A stretch of DNA of 64,000 nucleotides from a virus. Of this stretch, positions 11,179 through 20,563 are shown piece after piece. The number at the start of each line of letters is the position of its first letter. Within the stretch, counting starts at the first letter, position 1. Below the pieces are notes generated by a model. The model had not been told where the DNA came from and did not search any database. It was given only the letters and a program-made list of their open reading frames with translations. Location: IMG/VR virus record IMGVR_UViG_3300047323_000304, positions 1 to 64,000 of that record; one strand, given 5' to 3'. The translations under genes and the position numbers were made by a program.

Positions 11179-11293
11179 AATATGAATATTTTAAACCCTT
11201 CTAATAAAATAAAAGCAAGTAAAATTATTAATTTATCATGTCTTAATTAGGCTATGACTAGGTTTACAAATTAAATGAAAGGAGTGGTAGGAT

Positions 11294-11905
11294 GTGAATT
11301 TAGATGATTTAAAAGAATTAGACGATTTTCAAGAATTTAAGGAATATATAAAGACTTTTATAATAGAAAACGAGAATTTATTTAGAATGATTTACTTTCC
11401 AACAAAAAATCCACTAGATACTATATCTTATCCATATCCTCAAGACCCTTATCAAATATTTGATAGTGATTCGGCAATTGGAGAAGATGGGAAGTCAGAA
11501 ATACATGGTGTAGTACTATTTAAACAAAAAAATGATAAAATTCTCAATTCTAGTTTGCCAATATTATTAATAGACTTCCATACAACTAAACTAGGAACAA
11601 ATAATATATACGATAATTTATATATTGCAGTAAGATTTTTATGTAAAGGTGAGTATGTACAAGAACTCGAAAACGGTATGAATCGTTCGTTTGTTATAGC
11701 TAATATGTTTGATAATCTTTTTAACTTTGCTAAATTTAATGATGTTGGAAAAGTACATAGGCAATCTTTTGATCCTATTCCTATCAATGAACAAAATATC
11801 GGATATTCAAGTATATATAAATGCAGAGTATTGGCAAATCATCTTTTAGATAATAAAAATTATTTACAAGATAAGTATGGAGTTGATAGTCGTGAGTATT
11901 TATAA
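11294..11905 (+). CDS. Putative tail completion/terminator protein
   Basis: 203 aa, neck-to-tail position. Confidence 0.45.
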   Translation: MNLDDLKELDDFQEFKEYIKTFIIENENLFRMIYFPTKNPLDTISYPYPQDPYQIFDSDSAIGEDGKSEIHGVVLFKQKNDKILNSSLPILLIDFHTTKLGTNNIYDNLYIAVRFLCKGEYVQELENGMNRSFVIANMFDNLFNFAKFNDVGKVHRQSFDPIPINEQNIGYSSIYKCRVLANHLLDNKNYLQDKYGVDSREYL

Positions 11906-12722
11906 AGAATATGATATTGATGATATATTATTGGATATTCCTTGTGAATTTGAAGATAATTTAAAATTATATCCAATTAAGATTAAAGATAGAAAAGAAT
12001 TTCAAAAGTATGCGATGTTTATAATATTTTCAGCAGAACATTATAAAATAGATGAAGACGAACAATCAATATTACGTATAGCATTAACAAATTATATAGG
12101 CTTAATAAACAATGGAAAGTATCCTGACAATGAAGAAATAAAAAATACATATTTTTATATTGCAGTTAATGCCTTTGTAGAATTGTTCAAGATAATAACT
12201 AGAGGACAAGTATTGAGATTGTCTTTTAATCAAGAAGAACAAAGATATATATTCATAGATGAAAATGAAGTACCAGTTATAACTGATTGGAATTTTAATA
12301 AAATACGTCATATAGTTTTAAAACAAAATCTAATGTTTGAACCATTTGTATATGATGACGCTGATGATGCTCATTGGGCTAAAAAGGCAAAAAGGGCGAG
12401 AGAAAAACAAAATAAAGATTTTGGAGAATGGGAAAAGATTAATATTGTTAGTTGTAATAAACAAGTTAGTTATGATTTTATAAGAGACAACTATAATATT
12501 CTTCAATTAGAAGCTGATTTTGGAAGACTTATCAAGGACAAAGCAGTAGATGATATTCTTGCATGGAGAAAAGTATGCGATGAAAAAGGTGCAAAAACTT
12601 TACCTAATATTAGTCATACAGATGCAATATTTAAAGACTTATATAAAAACCCAGAAGAAAGTATATGGAAAGACGCAGATAATTCAGATTTATTAAAAAA
12701 TATGGGTGCGTTAAAGAAATAA
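11892..12722 (+). CDS. Virion morphogenesis hypothetical protein
   Basis: GGAG SD and GTG at 11892; precedes the major tail gene. Confidence 0.5.
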   Translation: MSIYKEYDIDDILLDIPCEFEDNLKLYPIKIKDRKEFQKYAMFIIFSAEHYKIDEDEQSILRIALTNYIGLINNGKYPDNEEIKNTYFYIAVNAFVELFKIITRGQVLRLSFNQEEQRYIFIDENEVPVITDWNFNKIRHIVLKQNLMFEPFVYDDADDAHWAKKAKRAREKQNKDFGEWEKINIVSCNKQVSYDFIRDNYNILQLEADFGRLIKDKAVDDILAWRKVCDEKGAKTLPNISHTDAIFKDLYKNPEESIWKDADNSDLLKNMGALKK

Positions 12723-12724
12723 TC

Positions 12725-12756
12725 AAAAGGCTACTTATTAATTTAAGTGGTCTTTT
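12725..12756 (+). terminator. Intrinsic terminator
   Basis: AAAAGGCTACTTA/TAAGTGGTCTTTT stem. Confidence 0.7.
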
Positions 12757-12797
12757 ATTATATAAAAAATTAAAAAAAAGAAAGGATGATATAAATT

Positions 12798-13895
12798 ATG
12801 TCAGTAAAAGTAGGAAAAAGAATACTTTGCGATGTTATGGACTTACATGTTTTTGATATTGCTACAGGAAAACATATTATGACAGAAGAAGATTTAACAA
12901 CAGCATCATTAGATTTTGATGTTACAACAAAAGAAGTTAGAGGAGGTAAAGGAAATCCAGTTATCTGCATACTTTCAAGTGGTAGAAAAGTTACAATAAA
13001 AAGTGAAAATCCAGTAATGAATTTACAAAATATTGCAACTCAACTAGGGACTTCAATAGTTACTGGAGAAAATATTGGCTACACTGAAAAAAATAAATTA
13101 AAAGTAGATATTGATGGATTAGGTGTTGCTACAGTAGTTCTACCTAAATTGCCATTAACTCCAGCAAACTTAAAATTTTCTTACAAAGGAGAAGATTTAG
13201 TTGTAACAACTGATTATACAATAGGTGCTGATAAAAGAACAGTTACTATTTTAAAAGCAGGAGTTCAATTAAAGGAAGTTATAGTTGTAGAATCTTATGA
13301 TTATAAAACTTCTGCATCAGCAAGAACAATTTCTATAGATAGTGAATCTTATCCAAAGGGAGTAAAACTTGTTTGTGATACATATTTAAAAGATACTGAA
13401 ACAAACATTAAAGAAAGTTTAAAGCTTATATTCCCTAAAGCAATCCCAACGGGCAAGTTCTCGATGGCAACAAAATCTGAGGTCGATGCATCTCAAACAT
13501 CTATTGAATACACAGTTATCAAATCAGATGATGCAGATGAGTTAGGATACATCTTATTAGAAGATTACACTACTACTCCTGACCCAATATTAGCACCAGT
13601 CAGCGATTTAGCAGTTACTAGTACAGTAGCAGGAAAGGCTGATTTAGTATTCTCTGCTTCAAGTGATGCTACTACTATTGGAGTTAAATATAAATTAACT
13701 TCTAGTTCAACTTGGTTAGATGTTGCAGTAGCAACAACTGGTACAAGTGTTAGAATGACTCCAGCAATAGCACCAACAGATACAACTGCACAAGTTATAA
13801 ATCTTGCAACAGGAACTTATGACTTCAAGTTAAATGTAGTTGGTGGATTACATGTAGGAGACTCTAATATTGCAACAGGTATTGTTGTAGCATAA
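12798..13895 (+). CDS. Major tail protein with C-terminal Fn3/Ig-like domain
   Basis: EVRGGKGNP motif typical of SPbeta-like tail tube proteins; C-terminal beta domain APVSDLAVT...GTYDFKLNVVGG. Confidence 0.75.
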   Translation: MSVKVGKRILCDVMDLHVFDIATGKHIMTEEDLTTASLDFDVTTKEVRGGKGNPVICILSSGRKVTIKSENPVMNLQNIATQLGTSIVTGENIGYTEKNKLKVDIDGLGVATVVLPKLPLTPANLKFSYKGEDLVVTTDYTIGADKRTVTILKAGVQLKEVIVVESYDYKTSASARTISIDSESYPKGVKLVCDTYLKDTETNIKESLKLIFPKAIPTGKFSMATKSEVDASQTSIEYTVIKSDDADELGYILLEDYTTTPDPILAPVSDLAVTSTVAGKADLVFSASSDATTIGVKYKLTSSSTWLDVAVATTGTSVRMTPAIAPTDTTAQVINLATGTYDFKLNVVGGLHVGDSNIATGIVVA

Positions 13896-13914
13896 TAAAT
13901 TAAATGCTGAATAT

Positions 13915-13940
13915 ATGAACATCTTTAATTAGGTGTTCAT
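13915..13940 (+). terminator. Hairpin after the major tail gene
   Basis: ATGAACATCT/AGGTGTTCAT stem. Confidence 0.6.
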
Positions 13941-14010
13941 TCTTGAGTATTTAAATAAAATATAAATAATAATAATTGTTATTTTCACAAATGTGTGTTA
14001 ATATAATAAT

Positions 14011-14106
14011 GTAGGATAAATAAGGAAGTCATGAGCCTTATTGAAAAGGAGTATTCCGAACTCCCTTCCTATATACATAAAAATCGGAAAATAAATTCAA
14101 CGGAGG
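14011..14106 (+). ncRNA. Putative structured cis-regulatory leader, copy 1 (three-way junction plus pseudoknot)
   Basis: P1 14011-16/14067-72, P2 14019-25/14036-42, GAAA junction, P3 14048-51/14061-64; loop TTCCGA pairs with TCGGAA 14084-89 or with CGGA at the SD. Confidence 0.6.
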
Positions 14107-14114
14107 AATTAATA

Positions 14115-15701
14115 ATGGAGGACATGGAATATCAACAAATTATACAACGGTTTAAAGAAGAAAACAAAGAATTAATTGAAAGTGGTAAATGTAAGAAGAT
14201 ATTTTTAGAAAATTTACCTAAAAGAGGGAAATTAATAAGTTGGAAAAATAGCATAGGATATAAAATATATTTTATATATGAGAATATAGAAGGATTTATA
14301 GAAATAATAGAACTAAATAAAGATGCTATAAATGTAATTGTGGAATATAAAGGAACACAGTATAAAATATCTACACCATCTTTATCAGATTGTAGAATTG
14401 GTGTAATTTTAGGAAAGATAACAAAAGATTTTAAAATAGAAATTGGAACAAAATTTAAAGATAATAGAAGAGATATTGTAATAACTGATAGAGAATACAG
14501 ATTGAAAGAAAAAATAAATAAACAAGGTTATCAAAGTATACTTAATGAAAAATGGTATAAATACACTTGTAATGTATGCGGTTGGACGGACGGTGCAATT
14601 GCTGAATCAGATTTAAAAGAAGGAAAAGGTTGCTCTTGTTGTTATGGAAGAACTGCCGTACTAGGCATCAATACGATATGGGATACTGATAAATGGATGT
14701 ATTATTTAGGAATATCCGAAGAAGACGCAAAAACACATACTTATAGAAGTAGTGAAAAAGTTAAAGTGACTTGTCCTGATTGTAAAACCATTGAATATAA
14801 AATAATATCAAATATATACAAAAACAAATCAATCTCATGTACCTGTTCGGATAAAATTCCATATGGAGAAAAGCTAACATTTTCATTATTTAAGCAATTA
14901 GGATTGATTTTTAAAACTCAATTGAATAAATCTACATTTAAATGGATTGGAAAATATAAATATGATTTTTATTTTGAGTTAAATGGAGAACCATTTGTGA
15001 CAGAAACGCATGGGCTTCAACATTATGAAGAATGTACTGGAAATTGGAAAAACAAATTGAAAGAACAACAAAAAATAGATAGTATTAAAAAACAATTAGC
15101 TTTAGATAATGGAATTAAAGAAGAAAATTATATAGTAATTGATTGTAGAAAATCAGAACTTAAATGGATTAGAGATAATGAAAATGGTATATTGAATAGT
15201 AGATTAAATGAATTGTTTGATTTATCTACTATTGATTGGGTAGAAGTAGAAAATTTTACTTTATCAAATCTAGTTAAAATAGCTTGTGAACATAAAAGAA
15301 ATAATTCTGAATTAACCTGTAATGATATAGGAACATTAATGGGGTATTGTGATGGTACAATTCGTAAATGGTTGAAACAGGGGAGTCTGAATAAATGGTG
15401 TTATTATAATGCAGATGAAGAACTAAGAAAAAGTACTAGTAAAAATGGGAAAAGTAAAGGAATGCCAACTGGCATATTTAAAGAAGGAATATTAATTGGT
15501 GTATTTGAATCATCTACAGATTTAACAAGGCAATCCGAAAAGTTATTTGGAGTAAAATTTATAAGAAGTAAAATTACTATGGTTTGTAATGGTAAAAATA
15601 AATCTCATAAAGGATTTACTTTTAAGTATTTAACACAAGAAGAAATTGAAGAGTTTGAGTTACGCAATATAAATACAGAACAAACAAAGACATCTTATTA
15701 A
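14115..15701 (+). CDS. Zn-ribbon / PD-(D/E)XK (DUF559/Vsr-like) putative homing endonuclease with NUMOD1-like C-terminus
   Basis: Start moved to the ATG after the CGGAGG SD; CxxC pairs, YKYDFY, ETHGLQHYEE, NYIVIDCRKSEL; C-terminal ITMVCNGKNKSHKGFTFKY. Confidence 0.7.
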   Translation: MEDMEYQQIIQRFKEENKELIESGKCKKIFLENLPKRGKLISWKNSIGYKIYFIYENIEGFIEIIELNKDAINVIVEYKGTQYKISTPSLSDCRIGVILGKITKDFKIEIGTKFKDNRRDIVITDREYRLKEKINKQGYQSILNEKWYKYTCNVCGWTDGAIAESDLKEGKGCSCCYGRTAVLGINTIWDTDKWMYYLGISEEDAKTHTYRSSEKVKVTCPDCKTIEYKIISNIYKNKSISCTCSDKIPYGEKLTFSLFKQLGLIFKTQLNKSTFKWIGKYKYDFYFELNGEPFVTETHGLQHYEECTGNWKNKLKEQQKIDSIKKQLALDNGIKEENYIVIDCRKSELKWIRDNENGILNSRLNELFDLSTIDWVEVENFTLSNLVKIACEHKRNNSELTCNDIGTLMGYCDGTIRKWLKQGSLNKWCYYNADEELRKSTSKNGKSKGMPTGIFKEGILIGVFESSTDLTRQSEKLFGVKFIRSKITMVCNGKNKSHKGFTFKYLTQEEIEEFELRNINTEQTKTSY

Positions 15702-15715
15702 TTAAGGTGTCTTTT
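15686..15715 (+). terminator. Intrinsic terminator
   Basis: AAAGACATCTTA/TAAGGTGTCTTT stem. Confidence 0.7.
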
Positions 15716-15797
15716 CTTATATCTAAAATTCATAGAGAAATAAAATATAAAGAATATAAAACAATCAATTTACGAGATTAAAGGAGATGAAAAATAA

Positions 15798-16235
15798 ATG
15801 GATTTTAATTCAATAGAAGAAATGCGTAGACAAATGATTAAAAATATTGAAATAGGTGCTAGAAAAGCATTAGAATATGGGCAAGAAAGAGCTTATGAAT
15901 ATATAATAAATGAATGGTATAGAAAACATCATAATGAAAAATATATAAGATTAAATTTAATGATTCAATCATTAAAAATTAAGATTACTACTAATAATGA
16001 TGGAGTAGAAGCTATATTATATATAAGTGATGAATTACATCCACCATCAAATTCATATAATAGAAATCCAATATCTTTTGAAGAATTATATGAATGGTTT
16101 GCAAATGGTTTTGGGGGAGAAACAGAACCAAATAAAGATATTATGGAATACACATATGAGGAATTAATAATGGCAAAATCTGCTTTTGATATTATTAAAC
16201 ATAATTTGATTGAAGAAGGATTTGATTTTCAATAA
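15798..16235 (+). CDS. Hypothetical protein, possibly HK97 gp10-like neck/tail protein
   Basis: AAGGAG SD; KYIRLNLMIQSLK resembles the Y-x-R-T-G-x-L-x-x-S pattern; weak. Confidence 0.4.
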   Translation: MDFNSIEEMRRQMIKNIEIGARKALEYGQERAYEYIINEWYRKHHNEKYIRLNLMIQSLKIKITTNNDGVEAILYISDELHPPSNSYNRNPISFEELYEWFANGFGGETEPNKDIMEYTYEELIMAKSAFDIIKHNLIEEGFDFQ

Positions 16236-16298
16236 CAATGAATAAATTATAAATAATTTAAATATGGGTAACGACCAAGCGTTAAAGGAGATATTAAA

Positions 16299-16877
16299 AT
16301 GTTAGATATGGATGAACACAGAGAAAAATTGGAAAGATTATTTGATATGATGTGGGAGATAGTGAAAAAAGAAAAAGAATACAACAAAATGACTTATAAA
16401 GTTGGAAGTTGGGAAAGTATTGATTCAGTTAGATTAGAAACTATATGCTCTATTAGAGAGTTAAGTAGAATGTATATCAAGGAATTAAATTCTGTAAAAA
16501 TGAATTGTGTTAAAGATGATGATGTTGTACTGGATATTAAAAGCATGACGAAATGGTTGGAAGAAGTCTATGGTTATATATTAAAAAACAAAAAAATAGA
16601 AGAAGTGAAAATATTAAAAATTGTAAATCAATTGCTTGAAGATTATAGTGAAGTTTATGAAAAAGCAAAAGTTATGTATAAATCACCGAATGTAACATTT
16701 TACAATTTAAATAATTTTGAATTTGGTAGAAAAGAAAAAGAATATAGTAATAATAATCAAGCTGTTAATTTAAATATATATTTTAATGGTGATGAAAATA
16801 TGAATAGAGTAAATATAGAAAAGATAACAAAAGCATTAAAAGAGTCCTTAAATAGTAGTGGCAGAATATATAAATAA
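16299..16877 (+). CDS. Hypothetical protein
   Basis: 192 aa with AAGGAG SD. Confidence 0.6.
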   Translation: MLDMDEHREKLERLFDMMWEIVKKEKEYNKMTYKVGSWESIDSVRLETICSIRELSRMYIKELNSVKMNCVKDDDVVLDIKSMTKWLEEVYGYILKNKKIEEVKILKIVNQLLEDYSEVYEKAKVMYKSPNVTFYNLNNFEFGRKEKEYSNNNQAVNLNIYFNGDENMNRVNIEKITKALKESLNSSGRIYK

Positions 16878-16897
16878 ATGAAAAGGAGGGGAAAGAA

Positions 16898-17014
16898 ATG
16901 AATAAATCAATAATTATTAGGGAAGATGATAAAATTACTACAATAGTAACAGACGGAAAACATCAAAGTAAAATGGTCTTTACAAAAGATCAAATTAAAA
17001 TATCTTGTAAGTAA
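16898..17014 (+). CDS. Small 38-aa protein (not in ORF track)
   Basis: Strong AAGGAGG SD; MNKSIIIREDDKITTIVTDGKHQSKMVFTKDQIKISCK. Confidence 0.55.
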   Translation: MNKSIIIREDDKITTIVTDGKHQSKMVFTKDQIKISCK

Positions 17015-17058
17015 AATGTTCATTTTAAAAGAATTAAATAAATTAAAAAGAATATGTA

Positions 17059-17101
17059 TTGACTTTGTTTCTTGATGGTAGTATAGTAATAATATACCAA
17101 G
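17059..17101 (+). promoter_or_regulatory. sigmaA promoter with putative operator
   Basis: TTGACT-17-TATAGT; AATATACCAAG after the -10, shared with 37144-37154. Confidence 0.7.
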
Positions 17102-17325
17102 GGATAAAATAAAAAGAATAATAAAGTTGATACATATTTCAATCGTAGATTTTAATGATGTTCTCCGACATCAAAATTTATTTAATGTATGTATGAGTAA
17201 TTATAACTAGGGAGTAGCTACCCTAGTTGGATTATTCAAATTAAATAAATAGTGGGAATATGATTAAAATGTATGTAGAAATACATGCATTAAATAAATT
17301 AAAATTTAAAGGAGGTTTCATATTT

Positions 17326-18081
17326 ATGGAACAAGAAAATCAATTACAAGTATTTACAAATGAAAAATTCGGAGAAGTAAGGACAACAAAAATTAATGGA
17401 GAGCCTTGGTTTGTTGGAAAGGATATTGCAGAAAAGCTAGGTTATAAAAATCCTAGAGACGCAGTATATAAGAGAGTTGACACCGAAGATAAAGGTGTAT
17501 GCAAAATGGCGACACCTAGTGGAGAGCAAGAGATGACTATAATTAATGAAAGTGGAATGTATTCTTTAATATTGGGAAGTAAATTACCACAAGCAAAAGA
17601 ATTTAAACGCTGGGTTACATCAGAAGTTTTACCTTCATTAAGAAGAAATGGTACATATTCAATCGAAACATCAAATGTAAATACTAATTTGGTAGATTTA
17701 GTACAAGCTACAATAACTAATATAGTACCATTAATAGCAACTGAAATGGGAAAATTAATAATGCAATCTCAAGACAAAATAGACCAAAGTATTGAAATGT
17801 TACATAATCAATCAGTAATTTATGACGCAGACAGAGAATCAATTAAGGAACTAATAGGATTTAGAAGTGTTAATACTACTAGAATAGTAAATACAACTAA
17901 AGAAATGTTAAGTGAAAAGTTAGGATATAAAGTTACTGCAACTACACCAATATTTCAAAAAGTTAAAAAGGCAATATTTAAAGAATTTAGTGTAATCAAA
18001 TGGGAAGATGTTGCAGTAGAAAAATATTCAAGAGTGTTTGCTTTTGTAGATGAATATATTAGTGAAATGGAGTGTAAATAA
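17326..18081 (+). CDS. BRO-N family antirepressor
   Basis: FGEVRT...EPWFVGKDIAEKLGY..INESGMYSLI..SKLPQAKEFKRWVTSEVLPSLRRNGTY; start after AAGGAGG. Confidence 0.9.
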   Translation: MEQENQLQVFTNEKFGEVRTTKINGEPWFVGKDIAEKLGYKNPRDAVYKRVDTEDKGVCKMATPSGEQEMTIINESGMYSLILGSKLPQAKEFKRWVTSEVLPSLRRNGTYSIETSNVNTNLVDLVQATITNIVPLIATEMGKLIMQSQDKIDQSIEMLHNQSVIYDADRESIKELIGFRSVNTTRIVNTTKEMLSEKLGYKVTATTPIFQKVKKAIFKEFSVIKWEDVAVEKYSRVFAFVDEYISEMECK

Positions 18082-18084
18082 ATT

Positions 18085-18585
18085 ATGAATAATATTATGG
18101 ATAAAGTAAATGAAAATATGAAACATAGTGAAAAACTATGCGAATTATTAAATAATAATGTTAAAGGTGATATAAAATATTCACCATCAGCTTCTAATGA
18201 TGAAATAAGAATTAAACAAATTCTAGATAAAAGAGAATTAGTGTATAATACTATTTGCCTTAAAGACACAATTATAAATGAATATAGCTTAGAGAAGATA
18301 GTAGATATTATTTATACCTTACTAGGTATGGGATATTTTACAACATCATATCCAAGTACAAAAGAAGTAGAATTGTATGATGAATTTATAATAAATGGAT
18401 GGAATGTATTTTTTGACAATGGCGTAATTTGGTTTGATGATAACGAAATTTATATCAGTGATATTTTATCTAAAGAAATAAATAAAGAATTTATTAAATT
18501 TGAATTAGATAAAGAAGAATGTGATTATTCAAGTGTTAAGATAATTAAAGAAGGTGAATTGTTTAATCTTGAATATACTGAATAA
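18085..18585 (+). CDS. Acidic hypothetical protein
   Basis: 166 aa, co-transcribed with the BRO gene. Confidence 0.6.
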   Translation: MNNIMDKVNENMKHSEKLCELLNNNVKGDIKYSPSASNDEIRIKQILDKRELVYNTICLKDTIINEYSLEKIVDIIYTLLGMGYFTTSYPSTKEVELYDEFIINGWNVFFDNGVIWFDDNEIYISDILSKEINKEFIKFELDKEECDYSSVKIIKEGELFNLEYTE

Positions 18586-18672
18586 ATTAAAAAGAATAAT
18601 TAAGGGTAGAAAATAAAAACTCTACTCTTAAAATTTACCACAGTTGATAATTAAATAATGGAGGAATATAAA

Positions 18673-18915
18673 ATGAAATTAGAAGAAATTTATGTAAATA
18701 AAATTAAAAAATTAGAACCAGAAATTAATTGTAGACAACATAGTGAAGCTGACCTAATATTATGTGAATTGTTAAATAAACTAGGATATGAAAAGGTAGT
18801 TGAAGAATATAGAAAAATACCTAAATACTATCCGAGTATGGATGAAAAAGAAATAATAACAAAAGATTGGAATGGGACTATAGTTCATAGAGTTAAAAAT
18901 GAAAATCTAAGATAA
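18673..18915 (+). CDS. Hypothetical protein
   Basis: GGAGG SD; HSEADLILCELLNKLGYEKVVEEY. Confidence 0.6.
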   Translation: MKLEEIYVNKIKKLEPEINCRQHSEADLILCELLNKLGYEKVVEEYRKIPKYYPSMDEKEIITKDWNGTIVHRVKNENLR

Positions 18916-18958
18916 ATTGCTATAGTATGTTAAAAGACGGATTTTATTTAAACTTATA

Positions 18959-19090
18959 TTGCTAAGGTATATAAATGTGTTATAATGGATATAATAAGAA
19001 AAAGGACGATTACTCGTTCTATGTATCTCAGCCAGATGTAGGCTCTAATTTAAGTATTCGGTTCCTTACTTCAGAATACTCATAATTAGG
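18959..19090 (+). ncRNA. Putative antisense antitoxin RNA (3' end uncertain) and its promoter
   Basis: TTGCTA-16-TATAAT with TG extension at 18959-18986; no + strand ORF downstream; faces the 3' end of the 19066-19245 gene. Confidence 0.45.
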
Positions 19091-19245
19091 GTCTTTATTA
19101 TGTCTTGATCTACACCATTTGTAATTGCTTTAGATATTGAATATAGTATTATTACAAATAATATTGAATTCCAAAGGCTTAAACCATTCTTCTTAACTGA
19201 AACTGGTTTAGTTTCGTAATCAAAATGAATACGTCTCTCTTTCAT
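19066..19245 (-). CDS. Small membrane peptide, putative type I toxin
   Basis: AAGGAGG SD; 59 aa with a hydrophobic segment LWNSILFVIILYSI; structured 5' leader. Confidence 0.55.
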   Translation of the reverse strand: MKERRIHFDYETKPVSVKKNGLSLWNSILFVIILYSISKAITNGVDQDIIKTLIMSILK

Positions 19246-19845
19246 GAAAATCACCTCCTTCAAAGTATTTTGCCTTAAAAATAACTTATTATTTCTACTT
19301 GTTATTTCTAAAGTAAAATACTTTGAATTTGGTTGTTAGAACTATGAAAAACTACGTGCTTTATTATATATTATAGATCTAAACATTCGATAGTATTAGG
19401 TTTAGTTTTATGGTACTCAAAATTCTTTTCATTTTTCATAAGAACCTTCTATAATTATATAATGAAATTAGTATACCATTAATTAGTAAAAATGTATATA
19501 AATTAGTTGGAATAATATAAGACATGAAAATAAAAGGCTTAGAATTTAATTATAATCTAGGTCTTTTTTGTTATAAATATAATCAAATGAATAAAACAAT
19601 CGCCTTTTGTAGAAACTTTACATACGATTATATATATTATAGGTTACAATTTATGGTAATATATAGGTATATAAAAAATATGAATATCTATTATATACAC
19701 AATAATAGAAAGTTATTCATTTATTTAACAAAAATCGTTCGACAAAGTATTGAAATTTGGTAAAAGGTGGTATAATATGTTAATAAAGAGAATACAAAAT
19801 ACATTAACTTTTAGAATTAGAGTTATAAAGAATGGAGGAATTTGT

Positions 19846-20019
19846 ATGGAAAATGTTATCTCTATGGATAAATATATTGAAAACACACAATCAGATGAAT
19901 GTGAATGGGATATCATAAGAAATATATTTCAGAAGGCTATTAAGCGAAAAGGACTAACAAAAGAACAAGTTCATGAAACTTCACAAAGATTATTAAGAGA
20001 GGTAAGGGCTGAAAAATGA
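19846..20019 (+). CDS. Putative antitoxin of the PIN toxin
   Basis: GGAGG SD; C-terminal KRKGLTKEQVHE..LLREVR pattern; GA-ATG overlap with the PIN gene. Confidence 0.6.
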   Translation: MENVISMDKYIENTQSDECEWDIIRNIFQKAIKRKGLTKEQVHETSQRLLREVRAEK

Positions 20020-20492
20020 ATGTAATTCTTGATACAAATGTGTTTATAGAAGCTTTATTTGAAGGGAATGAAGATTGCATTTTAATATTAAGAGAAGAAC
20101 ATAAGGGCGAGTTTCAATTGATAATGAGTAATGAAATGCATGAAGAACTATTACGAATAGTGAATAAATCAGCTAAAGAATATAATCTTTCTAATATGGA
20201 AATACTTAACACTCAGAAAATATTATCAAGAACAATATTACGAACTGAATACATAAAGCCAACTACAAAATTTAAAAAATGTAGTGATAGTGATGATAAT
20301 ATGTTCTTTTCATGTGCTATAGATGGAAATGCAGATTATATTATTAGCAGAGATAAACATGTACAAGATCTAAGAGAAAGAAAAGACCTATTGAAAAATA
20401 AAGATGGTAAAGAAATAAAGGTTTTATATCCAGATGAGTTTGTCATGGAAATCAAAAAGATTAAATTAGTTGCAAGTTTTAGTAATAATTAG
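20016..20492 (+). CDS. PIN-domain (VapC-like) toxin
   Basis: VILDTNVFI, EEL, DSDDNMFFSCAIDGNADYIISRDKH. Confidence 0.9.
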   Translation: MNVILDTNVFIEALFEGNEDCILILREEHKGEFQLIMSNEMHEELLRIVNKSAKEYNLSNMEILNTQKILSRTILRTEYIKPTTKFKKCSDSDDNMFFSCAIDGNADYIISRDKHVQDLRERKDLLKNKDGKEIKVLYPDEFVMEIKKIKLVASFSNN

Positions 20493-20527
20493 AGAACTTA
20501 GTACAAGCTTTACTAGGTTCTTTTTTG
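20493..20527 (+). terminator. Intrinsic terminator
   Basis: AGAACTTAGTA/TACTAGGTTCT stem plus T tract. Confidence 0.75.
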
Positions 20528-20563
20528 TTATAAAAATATGTAAGACTAGATATTTTGTTTAAT

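Noticed and set aside
14011-14072. Hammerhead ribozyme reading of the three-way junction with GAAA
   Set aside because: The CUGAUGA catalytic strand is missing; the first junction is only UA(A)
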